From NCBI GenBank assembly GCA_900766775.1, contig CAAFXN010000080.1, forward strand, positions 1-56,471: 56,471 nt of DNA, read 5' to 3'. The notes below the pieces were generated by a model that was not told the DNA's origin, searched no databases, and saw only the letters and a list, made by a program, of their open reading frames with translations. Position numbers and translations under genes: made by a program. This DNA comes from Bacteroidales bacterium (GTDB lineage Bacteria; Bacteroidota; Bacteroidia; Bacteroidales; Paludibacteraceae). The stretch's first letter is position 1, and every line of letters starts with the position of its first letter. Shown piece after piece: positions 27,096 through 36,400 of this stretch.

Positions 27096-28523
27096 TCAGC
27101 AGCGGGAGAGGACGGCGCGCAGCCAGCGGTAGCAACGGTCGGTGGACGAGAGGGAGAGACGCTCCTGCGGCGAGTGGACACCGTACATCTGCGGACCTAT
27201 GCTGACCATGTCGAGGAAGGGATATTTCTCCAAGAACAGTCCGCACTCCAGCCCTGCGTGGATGGCCAGCACCTGTGGCTCCTTGCCGAAGAGGTCGGTG
27301 TACGCCTGTTTGGTGATTTCCAGCAGCGGCGAATGGATGTTCGGTGTCCAGCCCGGGTAGCCGTCGCCGTGGGTTACCTCGTCGCATGCCATCGCGAGCG
27401 CGTACTCCACCTCGCGCTTTATCCAGTGCTTCGACGCTTCTACGGACGAGCGCTGGCTGGTGTTGACCTCGATATAGCCGTCTTTCATCTTCACGCTGGC
27501 GAGGTTGGTGCTGGTCTCTACCAGCCCGGGCATGTCTTTGCTCATGGCAATCATGCCGTGCGGGCAAGCGGCGAGCGCCATGATGAGGCGGTGCGCCTGT
27601 GCCTCGGGGATGACGGTGGCGGGCATGGTGCAGGACTCCAACTCGAGGCGCATGTCTTTCTCCACTTCTTGGTATTCTTTTTCTACCTCGGCGGTGTAGA
27701 TATTCCACTCAATGCGCAGTTGCTCTTTGTACGCCATGGGCACGCAGATGGTCGCTTCCGCCTCGCGGGCGATGGCGTTGCGCAGGTTGCCGCCTTGGAT
27801 GGTAGCCAGTTGCAGCGGCGTGCGGGTGAGCAGGCGTTGCAGGAAGCCGATCAGCACTTTGTTGGCATTGGCGCGACCTTTGTTGATGTCGTCGCCGGAG
27901 TGCCCGCCCATGAGCCCACTGACGCTCAGGCGCGCGGGGAACCACTGCGCCGAGTCGCTGAGGGCTTGCGGCGTGTAGTGCATCTTCGCCAGGGTGTCGA
28001 TACCGCCGGCGCAACCGATGAAGATCTGCCCGTCGTCCTCGGAGTCGAGGTTGATAAGGCGGGTGCCGCGCAGGTAGCCGTCTTGCAGTTTCATCGCGCC
28101 GGTGAGCCCCGTCTCTTCATCCACGGTGAAGAGGCACTCGATGGCGGGGTGCTGCAAGTCGGGGTCGGTGATGGCGGCGAGCGCCATGGCGATACCGATA
28201 CCGTTGTCCGCGCCGAGGGTAGTGCCGCGGGCTTTCAGCCAGTCGCCGTCCACGTAGGTCTCGATGGGGTCGGTCAGGAAGTCGTGGACGGTGTCGCTGT
28301 TCTTCTCGCACACCATGTCCATGTGGGCTTGCAGGATGACCGCGGGGTGGTCTTCGTAGCCAGCAGTGGCGGGCACGCGCAGGATGACGTTCATCGCCTC
28401 GTCGGCGACGCACTCGATATGGTGCTCGCGGGCGAAGGCTTGCAGCCATTGTGAGATACGCTCCTCGTGCTTCGACGGACGAGGAATCTGACAAATCTGA
28501 GAGAAAATTTCAAGTACTTGCAT
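27096..28523 (-). CDS. pepD: aminoacyl-histidine (Xaa-His) dipeptidase, M20C family
   Basis: Start set at MQVLEIFSQICQIPRPSKHEERISQWL. The motifs AVILQAHMDMVCEKN and ADNGIGIAMALA are typical of PepD. Confidence 0.92.
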   Translation of the reverse strand: MQVLEIFSQICQIPRPSKHEERISQWLQAFAREHHIECVADEAMNVILRVPATAGYEDHPAVILQAHMDMVCEKNSDTVHDFLTDPIETYVDGDWLKARGTTLGADNGIGIAMALAAITDPDLQHPAIECLFTVDEETGLTGAMKLQDGYLRGTRLINLDSEDDGQIFIGCAGGIDTLAKMHYTPQALSDSAQWFPARLSVSGLMGGHSGDDINKGRANANKVLIGFLQRLLTRTPLQLATIQGGNLRNAIAREAEATICVPMAYKEQLRIEWNIYTAEVEKEYQEVEKDMRLELESCTMPATVIPEAQAHRLIMALAACPHGMIAMSKDMPGLVETSTNLASVKMKDGYIEVNTSQRSSVEASKHWIKREVEYALAMACDEVTHGDGYPGWTPNIHSPLLEITKQAYTDLFGKEPQVLAIHAGLECGLFLEKYPFLDMVSIGPQMYGVHSPQERLSLSSTDRCYRWLRAVLSRC

Positions 28524-28551
28524 GGGTATTGTATTTTTAGGAATTTTATTA

Positions 28552-29096
28552 AAAGAAGAATTACAAAGAACTACATGAGACAACATTGATGACGCTGAGA
28601 CACATTGTTTTTCGAATGCATGGGTGTTAGATTATTTTCTGTTGTCCAATGTGTGTTTTGGGGTATTCTTGTATTTCGTATAATGAAGAAATACAAAGAA
28701 CAACATGAGACAACATAGATTGCAATGGCGCACATTCCCACTCCTTTTGCTGCGCAAAAGTCATGGACAAAGAAGGACAATAGTTAGATGTGGATATACA
28801 GGATGATGTCTGAAACATGGAGGATTGTTTCTTTCGAATGCATGGGGGTTAGATTATTTTCTGTTGTACAATGTGTGTGTTTTGGTATTCTTGTATTTCG
28901 TATAATGAAGAAATACAAAGAACTACATGAGACAACATAGACCTTAATGGGGAACACGCCCACTCCTTTTGCTATGCAAAAGTCGGGGACATAGAAAAAC
29001 AATAGTTAGATTCGAATATATAGGATGAAGTCTGAAACATGGAGGATTGTTTTTTTCGAATGCATGGGGGTTAGATTATTTTCTGTTGTACAATGT
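28552..29096. repeat. about 223-bp tandem repeat, about 2.5 copies (28552-28684 internally deleted, 28685-28907 full, 28908-29096 truncated)
   Basis: Copies aligned by eye. Shared blocks are aagaaatacaaagaacWacatgagacaacatag, ccactccttttgctNNgcaaaagtc, tctgaaacatggaggattgttt and cgaatgcatgggggttagattattttctgttgtacaatgtg. Confidence 0.9.
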
Positions 29097-29135
29097 GCCT
29101 TCTTTGTCGTTCTTTTTTATATGAAGGATAGTTCC

Positions 29136-29558
29136 TCAAAAAGCAACTATCCGCTTGGTGGTTATATCGTAGTAGTATTTTTCACTTTGGTCTATCGGTG
29201 GTGCGAAGTTGTACAGAATGCCGATAGGCGTATTTGTTAAGCGCATATAGTTCCATAATTGTTGTCTGTGAACAAGTTGCAGTTCCGCAACGGCTTTGCA
29301 TTCCAAGCAAATGTTGTCCCTTATATAAAAGTCCATAAAGTGGTCATGTTTGAGCAAGACTTCGTGGAACTTGATATTGAAATGAAATTCGCGTTTATGA
29401 GGTATGTTTCTCTCGTTAAATAGCACTTCCAAAGCATCTTGGTAAACATACTCGTTGAGTCCGCAACCCAATTCTTGATGTACCGCCATTGCACAACCGA
29501 GTACATCAAACACTTCGGCTTTAAGTTGCTTGCGCAGTTCATTCGTCAGCGATTCCAT
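29136..29558 (-). CDS. GxxExxY protein (PD-(D/E)XK nuclease-fold family)
   Basis: 140 aa. It contains GLNEYVY (G-x-x-E-x-x-Y), and the overall pattern VHQELGCGLNEYVYQDAL...ICLECKAV is typical of the family. Confidence 0.85.
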   Translation of the reverse strand: MESLTNELRKQLKAEVFDVLGCAMAVHQELGCGLNEYVYQDALEVLFNERNIPHKREFHFNIKFHEVLLKHDHFMDFYIRDNICLECKAVAELQLVHRQQLWNYMRLTNTPIGILYNFAPPIDQSEKYYYDITTKRIVAF

Positions 29559-29591
29559 ACGTTGTTCTCGTGTTTATTTAGTGAGAATCTT

Positions 29592-29806
29592 AAAGAAGAA
29601 TAACACAGAACTACATGAGACAACAAAAGACAATATATACCCGATATAACAGATAAAACAATCTACACCCTATATCTCAGAGTCCAGTCCTTGAATTTGA
29701 ATCTAACTATTGTCCTTCTGTGTCCCGACTTTTGCACAGCAAAAGGAGCGGGAATGTGCCCCATCAATGTCTATGTTGTCTCATGTGATTCTTGGTAATT
29801 CTTCTT
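29592..29806. repeat. direct plus inverted copies of the 223-bp repeat family on the other side of the GxxExxY gene
   Basis: 29592-29625 is a direct copy of the repeat head. 29692-29806 is the reverse complement of about 115 bp of the unit (compare 28908-29022). Confidence 0.85.
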
Positions 29807-29808
29807 TA

Positions 29809-30576
29809 TTAATGGATATTGTTTTGTAGAGGTCTATTCAGCGGGCAGGCTTGTTGGCAGACGAGGCAGCGGTGGGTGGTGTAGGCAATGCAGCGGGTGG
29901 CGTCCCAGACGGGGTTGCGCAGGGCGCCTGTGGGGCAGGCTTCTTCGCAGAGGTGGCAGTCGGCGCAGGGCGTGTCGGCAAAGCGAGATGGTGTTTCTGC
30001 GGTTGGGGGTGTAGAATTGCTAGGTATTCTAGTTGTTCTAGGTATTCTAGTTATCATAGTTTCTCCCTCTTCTATTCCCTCTATCGGTCTGTCTATCACT
30101 ATCTCCCCGAGATGCACCATGCTGCCGAGGGTGTGGTGGAAGAACTGGTGGTTGCGTCCGATGAAGCCGAGCCCCGCCTTCACCGCCCATCGTCGCTCCA
30201 AGAACGGTGCCGAGTCGCAGAAGAGATGTTGAGGGAGAGAGGGAATAGTAGCAGGGGCGGCGGGCAGGGCAAGTGCACCGTGCAGGCGGGCATCCAGTTC
30301 ATAGAGCATGGACTTGATGGTGCGGTGGTAGTCGCGGCGGCACTTGTCGTAGCGGAGCACGCAGACCACTACCGCCGTAGCGCCGGGCACCAGTTCGCGC
30401 GGGTCGTAGCGCTTCTCGCGGTTGCGCTCGAGGTACGACATGTTGCCGTGCAAGCCCTGCGCCACCCATTGCTCCATGAACGCCGCGTCGTCGTCCAGCC
30501 GCTCGGCAAACGCCACGCCGCAGTCGTCAAAACCGACCGCTAACGCCTGCTGCCGTATCCACTGAGCACTAATCAC
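29809..30576 (-). CDS. queG: epoxyqueuosine reductase (short form, with internal low-complexity insertion)
   Basis: QueG-type motifs: GLHGNMSYLERNREKRYDPRELVPGA, FCDSAPFLERRWAVKAGLGFIGRNHQ, CADCHLCEEACPTGAL and a second Cys cluster CLVCQQACPLN. Confidence 0.8.
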   Translation of the reverse strand: MISAQWIRQQALAVGFDDCGVAFAERLDDDAAFMEQWVAQGLHGNMSYLERNREKRYDPRELVPGATAVVVCVLRYDKCRRDYHRTIKSMLYELDARLHGALALPAAPATIPSLPQHLFCDSAPFLERRWAVKAGLGFIGRNHQFFHHTLGSMVHLGEIVIDRPIEGIEEGETMITRIPRTTRIPSNSTPPTAETPSRFADTPCADCHLCEEACPTGALRNPVWDATRCIAYTTHRCLVCQQACPLNRPLQNNIH

Positions 30577-30586
30577 TTCGCTTTAA

Positions 30587-31195
30587 CTATCCTACCAGCA
30601 CATCGTGGAGCACCTTGACAAGGTTGCCGAACATGAGTTGGCAGGCAATGGCTAACACAATGATTCCGAAGAACTTACGGAGCACATAGATGGCATTCTT
30701 TCCCACGTACTTCATCAGCCAGCGCGTGCCCGCCAGCACGCCGAAGAGCACGACCATGCAGAGCAACACCGCCACCATCAGGTTCACCGTGTCGTACTGC
30801 GCCGTCATGGAGATGAGCGCAGTGAAGGCACCCGGACCTGCGTACATAGGGAATGCCAGCGGGATGATGTTGCCCGAGCCCTCTACGTCGGTCTTGAAGA
30901 TGACGATGTCGAGAATCATCTCCAGCGCCATGAGGAAGATGATGAAACCGCCCGCGATGGCGAAATACTCAATCTTGATGCCGAAGAGTTTCAAGCACCA
31001 CTCGCCCAAGATGAGGAACACCAGCAGGATAATCATCGAGACAAGGCACACTATCCATGGGTTGATTTTGGTGCCGTTCTTCTCCAGATTGATGGTGATA
31101 GGCATATTCCCCAAAGGGTCGATAATAGCAATGAGGAACACAAACGCCGGCAGTACCTGCCAAATGTCAAAACTGCTAAAGAAATCTGCTAACAT
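30587..31195 (-). CDS. MarC family (UPF0056) integral membrane protein
   Basis: 202 aa and multi-pass hydrophobic. The N-terminal IAIIDPLGNMPI motif is typical of MarC/NAAT proteins. Confidence 0.85.
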   Translation of the reverse strand: MLADFFSSFDIWQVLPAFVFLIAIIDPLGNMPITINLEKNGTKINPWIVCLVSMIILLVFLILGEWCLKLFGIKIEYFAIAGGFIIFLMALEMILDIVIFKTDVEGSGNIIPLAFPMYAGPGAFTALISMTAQYDTVNLMVAVLLCMVVLFGVLAGTRWLMKYVGKNAIYVLRKFFGIIVLAIACQLMFGNLVKVLHDVLVG

Positions 31196-31205
31196 AGTGC
31201 GTATG

Positions 31206-31290
31206 GAATTAGGAATTAGGAATTATGAATTATGAATTATGAGTGGTCATGCTTACTTGCCACTAATCACTGACCCACTAATTTCGGTGC
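31206..31290. repeat. heptad arrays (gaattag/gaattat x5, then degenerate AGTGG-type heptads) abutting the MarC-family start codon
   Basis: ggaattaggaattaggaattatgaattatgaattatgag, followed by tggtcatgcttacttgccactaatcactgacccactaat. Confidence 0.7.
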
Positions 31291-31359
31291 AAAGATACTG
31301 TTTTTTGGGCAAATATACAAATTTCCTATAAATAATTTGTGTATTTCACATTTTTTTCG

Positions 31360-31367
31360 TACCTTTG
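31360..31367 (+). promoter_or_regulatory. -7 promoter box (TAccTTTG) for efp
   Basis: Exact TAnnTTTG, 60 nt upstream of the efp ATG. Confidence 0.5.
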
Positions 31368-31426
31368 CACGCCGAATTGTGAAGAAGAGACTGTAATTTG
31401 TAATTCGTAAACCGTAAATAACAAAG

Positions 31427-31990
31427 ATGATTAACTCTCAAGATGTAAAGAATGGCGTTTGTATCCGTATGGACGGGCGCTTGTATTTTGTGATTGAGTT
31501 CTTGCATGTAAAGCCGGGCAAGGGCAACACCATCATGCGTGTGAAATTCAAAGATGTAGTGGACGGTCGCGTGCTGGAGCGTCGCTTCAACATTGGTGAG
31601 AAACTGGAAGATGTGCGCGTGGAGCGTCGTCCGTACCAATACCTGTACAAGGAGGGTGAGGACTATATCTTCATGAATCAGGAGACCTACGAGCAAGTAC
31701 CTATCGCACACGATTTGATTACGGGTGTGGACTTCCTGAAAGAGGGCTTTGTGGTAGATGTAGTGTCTGACGCATCGACCGACACCATCCTCTTCGCGGA
31801 GTTGCCCGCTAAGGTGGAGTTGGCTGTTTCCTACACGGAGCCGGGTCTGCGCGGCGATACCGCTACCAACACCCTCAAGCCCGCTACCTTGGAGACCGGC
31901 GCAGAGATTCGCGTGCCCCTCTTCATCAATGAGGGCGAGATTGTACGCGTAGATACCCGCGACGGTTCCTACTGCGAGCGAGTACGGTAA
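31427..31990 (+). CDS. efp: elongation factor P
   Basis: 187 aa. MINSQDVKNGVCIRMDGRLYFVIEFLHVKPGKGNTIMRVKFKDV is a canonical EF-P N-terminus. Confidence 0.95.
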   Translation: MINSQDVKNGVCIRMDGRLYFVIEFLHVKPGKGNTIMRVKFKDVVDGRVLERRFNIGEKLEDVRVERRPYQYLYKEGEDYIFMNQETYEQVPIAHDLITGVDFLKEGFVVDVVSDASTDTILFAELPAKVELAVSYTEPGLRGDTATNTLKPATLETGAEIRVPLFINEGEIVRVDTRDGSYCERVR

Positions 31991-32004
31991 GGACCGCTTC
32001 GCTG

Positions 32005-32110
32005 AAAGATAAAGGATAAAAGACTGATTAGTTTCGACTATCGGTGTGCGGCCTGGAGACCGCACCTCCATAGGGGGCTAATCAGTCTTTTATCCTTTAT
32101 CCTTTATCCT
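32005..32110. repeat. about 100-bp nested palindromic element (bidirectional terminator position)
   Basis: Outer arms gataaaggataaaagactgattag / ctaatcagtcttttatcctttatc and inner hairpin gtgcggcctggagaccgcac. A second copy lies in opposite orientation at 47061-47156. Confidence 0.8.
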
Positions 32111-32117
32111 CTATCCT

Positions 32118-33191
32118 CTACCAGACCATTTCTATTTGCTCGGTGCGGGAGTTGTCGAGGGGTGCGGAGCGGAAGTTCACCTTGCGGAAGTCAATTCGCT
32201 CGAGGTCGAGACATCGGATTCGGCTGTTGTACATCGTGCGGTAGTAGATACGCTTGCCTTGGAGGTCGGTGGCGATGGTCCACTGCGTGGCACTCGGGAT
32301 GTCGGGGACAGTCTCTCCCTCGGCAAACTGAATGCCGACAGGAATGTCGAAGTTGTTGAGGATATGGAACGCCTGCATTACGGTCTCAGTAGCCGTGGGT
32401 AGCGTGGGGGCAGTGGCTTGGAAGAATGCTGCTCGAACGAAGCGTGAAGGCGGGGTCATGTCGCCCGGAAGTCCGTGCAGCCCGCCTCCGCCGCCGAAGG
32501 CTTGGAGCGACAACTCACCCACCTGCGCCCGCGGGATAGCGCCTGCTCGCAGGTTGATGTAGTTGTTCAGGTTCGTCAGGTGCCAATCGAAACTCGGGGA
32601 GTTGGTCAGTACGCCGAGGGTGTTCTCGTAGAAACGCACCTGCCCGCCGATGACCTCCACCACCACTTGCCTGCCCGTGCGGTCGGCTACGCGCCAGTGC
32701 ACGGTGGAGCCGCGCGGGTCGGTGGCAACGATACGGACACGTTGCAGGGTCGAGACCGCCTCGTCCACGCTTGCGCAACGGCTCAGCAACCACGGCACTA
32801 ACTGCATGTCGCTGATACTCTCATCCACGAGCGTGCTGTCGAAAGGTTCATACTCGCCGTAGTTGGGGAAGTAGAACAAGCCGGCGGCGAAGCCCGCCTC
32901 GTTCATGCCGTCCACCACAAACTCATCGCGCTCCACCGCCAAGCCCACATAGCCGTACTTGGCAGTGAAGCGCATGCCGTCTTTCTGCCCGCTCGGGGTG
33001 TAGGACTGTTGGCGATAGCCGCGCGGCACAAGCACGTAGCGGCTGTTGAGGTCGCTGCCCGCCCACTCGATGGTGCGGGCGATGACGGGCGAGCCGTCCG
33101 CCGCGCGCAGAGAGATACCTGTGCAAGCCTCTGTCGGCTGCACGCACAAGACCATCGCAATGGTCAAACAAAGAAGGAAGAACTTTTTCAT
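32118..33191 (-). CDS. choloylglycine hydrolase family Ntn-hydrolase (linear amide C-N hydrolase), secreted
   Basis: Start set at MKKFFLLCLTIAMVLCVQPTEA. The sequence then reads CTGISLRAADGSPVIARTIEW, with the nucleophilic Cys at the predicted mature N-terminus. Confidence 0.85.
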   Translation of the reverse strand: MKKFFLLCLTIAMVLCVQPTEACTGISLRAADGSPVIARTIEWAGSDLNSRYVLVPRGYRQQSYTPSGQKDGMRFTAKYGYVGLAVERDEFVVDGMNEAGFAAGLFYFPNYGEYEPFDSTLVDESISDMQLVPWLLSRCASVDEAVSTLQRVRIVATDPRGSTVHWRVADRTGRQVVVEVIGGQVRFYENTLGVLTNSPSFDWHLTNLNNYINLRAGAIPRAQVGELSLQAFGGGGGLHGLPGDMTPPSRFVRAAFFQATAPTLPTATETVMQAFHILNNFDIPVGIQFAEGETVPDIPSATQWTIATDLQGKRIYYRTMYNSRIRCLDLERIDFRKVNFRSAPLDNSRTEQIEMVW

Positions 33192-33211
33192 AGTTGTAAG
33201 AAGGTTAAGGT

Positions 33212-33258
33212 GAAACAAAAAGAAAACAAGTAGCGAAAAAAAGACTATTCGCTACTTG
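33212..33258 (-). terminator. intrinsic terminator after the LRR gene
   Basis: Perfect 11-bp stem acaagtagcga / tcgctacttgt. On the minus strand it is followed by tttctttttgttt. Confidence 0.55.
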
Positions 33259-33290
33259 TTTTGCTACAAATAATGTGCCAAATTCGGACC

Positions 33291-33334
33291 GACCTGCGGT
33301 CGACCCGCGGTCGACCCGCGATAGACCCGCGAAA
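33291..33334. repeat. 11-bp array (GACCYGCGnnn x4)
   Basis: Units gacctgcggtc, gacccgcggtc, gacccgcgata and gacccgcgaaa. The same motif occurs at 17940-17972 and 56286-56318. Confidence 0.8.
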
Positions 33335-33415
33335 AACAGGGGCACCTCATCCCTGCGAGAGCGCCCCAAAAATCATAGATTTCTCGAGGGTCCCGCAAGG
33401 GAGGGAGCAGGGGAA

Positions 33416-36400
33416 TTATCGGAGCGTCTCTCCCAGCACCGTGTAGGTTTTTCCCTCGCGCTCGATGAGCAGAACGCCGTCCTGCATGTACTTGCGCACC
33501 TGCGTCGGGGCAGCGCTCTCCGTCTGGGAGATACCCTGCATGCTTTCGAGCACGTCAAAGTAGTCGGTGTAGAGGTACACGTCGGGGAAAGCGGGGTTGG
33601 TGAGCAGGCAAATCACATCGTCGAAAGGCTTCAAGAAGGTGGTTACACCGTTCTCCAAGGTGTATTCCTTGCCCGGAATCAGCACTTCGCCTTCCCACTC
33701 GTAGGTGTCGTAGTTGAACAAGGGTTCGCCCAAGTACCACGTGAAGGTCGTTGCGCTGTCGCCGACCATTGCCTGCGTGCTCAGGTCGATAATCTTCTCG
33801 TCTTGCAACTCTACTTCCAGCATGGCCTGCCCGCTGTAGTTGTACACCATATACTGCGGCAAGATAGGAGGTAAGGTACTGAAATCAAATCGGTTACCAA
33901 CAATAGCCAGAGCTCGGAGTCCTTCCAGCGAAGCCACATCGAGCGTGTGGAGATAGTTGTTGTTGAGCCCTAACTGCTGCATATTGGGCACCGTGGTCGT
34001 ATCCACCTGAATAGCCGTCAACTCGTTCCCACTCAGGTCCAGATACCAGAGATTGGAGTTTTTCAGTTTCACCGAAGCAATCTTGTTGCTTGCGGCTCCC
34101 ACCAATCCGATGGCTTCGTTGTTGGTCAGGTCGAGCGTCGTGAGTTGGTTCTCCGTCAATGCCAGCGAATAGAGGTTCGGGTAGTCGCTCGGATTGAACG
34201 TTGTGAGGGCGTTGCCCGATAGGTTCAACTCTCTCATCAGGCTCTTGTTCTCCGGCATGACGAGGTTTGCGAGCCCTGCTCGCTGCAAGGTGAGGGTGCT
34301 TGCCAGCAACTTCGAGCCGTCGAAAGAGGACAAGGTCGCCCCCGTCATGCTGAACACCGTGATGGTATCCGTCGGCTCGTAGGTATAGACATTTACCGTA
34401 ACGCCCTTGTGTGTGGAAGCGGAGAAGAGGCGGTAGGTCGTTCCCAAGAGGTATTGCACCACGTTGTCGTTGCCCTCCCAGTCGAAGTAGAGCGATGTGC
34501 CCTCTTTGGCAGCCGCCAACGAGAGGGAGACGACGTCGCTGTCCTTCGCTGTAACGAAGGAAGCAATCTTGTTGGTAGGCATGCCTGCCACCTGCATCTT
34601 TGTGGTTTTCAGCACCTTATCGCCCGTAAACGCAGGGTAATCGGGGTGCGAAATCTCACAATACACCTTGCCCAAGTCCTCTTTCAGGAAGCGCGTGAAA
34701 CCGTTCTTGATGGTGTAGTCGGTTCCCTCAGTCAGCGTTGTGCCGTCTTCCCGCAACCATGTCAGGACAGTGCTTTTGCCGTCTATGTCCACCATCTGTG
34801 CCCCCAAATCCGTGCAGGGACCCATCGTAGCGATTTGGATATCCGCCTGCGGAGCATACAGGTAGCCCGCCTCGGTCAGTTTGGCATTGTGGCGGGGAAG
34901 GTTTGCCAAAGTAAATCGGTTAGAGGTGATATCCATATAGCGGATGTTGTCTTCCTCGGGGAGGATGATTTCCGACAACAGGTTGTTGGAAGCCCTCACG
35001 GTATCGAGCGCCGTACAGTGTTGGAAATCAAGACGTTCCATATTGTTATCCGACACATCCAACGTCAGCAGGTTGTCGGCGTCGGAGAAGTCGATATCGC
35101 CCAGTTGGTTGTGGGCAGCATTGAAGTGGAGCATAGCCAAGAGCGGGCTCAACTTGAAGTTCGCTGCGTTATACCCCGTGTTGTCAATGGAGTTGTAACT
35201 GATATCGAGCGTGTGGAGCAGGTTCTTGTTGAAGTAGTCGTTCTCGCCTTCGAGATTGAGGGATGTCAGGTTGTTGTGGCTCAGGTCAAGCACCTCCAGT
35301 AGTCGGTTGTAGGTCAAATCGATGGAATAGAGCGAAGTGTTGGAAAGAGTCAGTTCCCGCAAAGTGTTCAACTGGCTCAAGTCGATAGAGGAGACATAGA
35401 GGTTCTTGATACTCAGCGCGGAGATATTGGTTCCGTCGGGCACATACACCGCCACGGGACCGTAGCCCTTCGCCCCGCTCACGTTGGCTTCTACCGGCGT
35501 AGTCTCCGACTTCGCCACAAATGGCTTCAACTCCTGCGTACCCAAGTCCACCCAGAAAGTGATGGGATTCTCCTCGCTGGCGCCATACAATCCTATGGAG
35601 AACGATACGGGGCTCTCGTAGGTGGTGAACGACATCACCTTGGTCGGCTGTCCGTAGTCCGCCTCAGTCTTAATCATAAACGGCTCAGTGAAGAGGTCTG
35701 CACCGGGGAAACCCGTATTGCTGAACTCTATCACCACGCTGTCAGGATAAGCCTGCTTCAGGGTTACCACACCCGTCTCATCATCAAAACTGAAGTAACT
35801 CTCGTCCAGCATCACAAATGAGTCGGTGGTGTTCATGGGGATAGCATACATGATAGCGCTCGTCAGGAAGCCGTCGCGCATCACGCGCTTGCTGAAGTCA
35901 ATGGTCGTCCCCTCTTTGTAAACGGGCTCCATCGGCAGGTCGCGCTGAGCATACTGGTAGTCTTGCCACACATTAGAATCCAACGGCAAGGTAACAAAGT
36001 CCATGCAGTTGTTCTGGATATGCACGTAGTTCAGATAGTTCTGATTCGACAAGTCCATGTGCGTCAGGTAGTTATCGCTTGCGTCCAGAGATACCAAGCC
36101 TGCCGAGTCGGTGGGCGTAGGATGGTAGAAGTTCAGGGTCGTCAGCGCATTGCCCGCGCAGTTCAAGCGATACAGCCAACGGCTGTTCGATACATCCAAC
36201 GTCTTGAACTTATATGCTCCCTTATTCACGAAGCCCGACACGTGGGTGCAGTACAACTCCAGCAACTCCCTGTTCTGGCTCAGGTCCAACTCCGTAACCT
36301 TAGTTTCGCTCACGTTCAAGATACGCAAATGCGGGTTCTTCGTTACGTCCACGCTCGCCACGTCGGTCATCTCCAGCGTCAGTTGCATCAGGTTCGGGCA

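Noticed and set aside
28552-29096. Possible CRISPR array, or paralogous small-protein genes (69-aa and 72-aa minus-strand ORFs at 28571-28780 and 28784-29002).
   Set aside because: The units are about 223 bp and contiguous, with no short repeat/unique-spacer alternation and no cas genes. The two ORFs are similar only because the DNA is repeated. They lack signal or start context, and the third copy is truncated.
29023-29691. Phase-variable invertible promoter or shufflon controlled by a site-specific recombinase.
   Set aside because: No tyrosine or serine recombinase gene is present anywhere in the window, and the inverted repeats are far longer than typical invertase sites. This is kept only as an alternative within the GxxExxY cassette finding.
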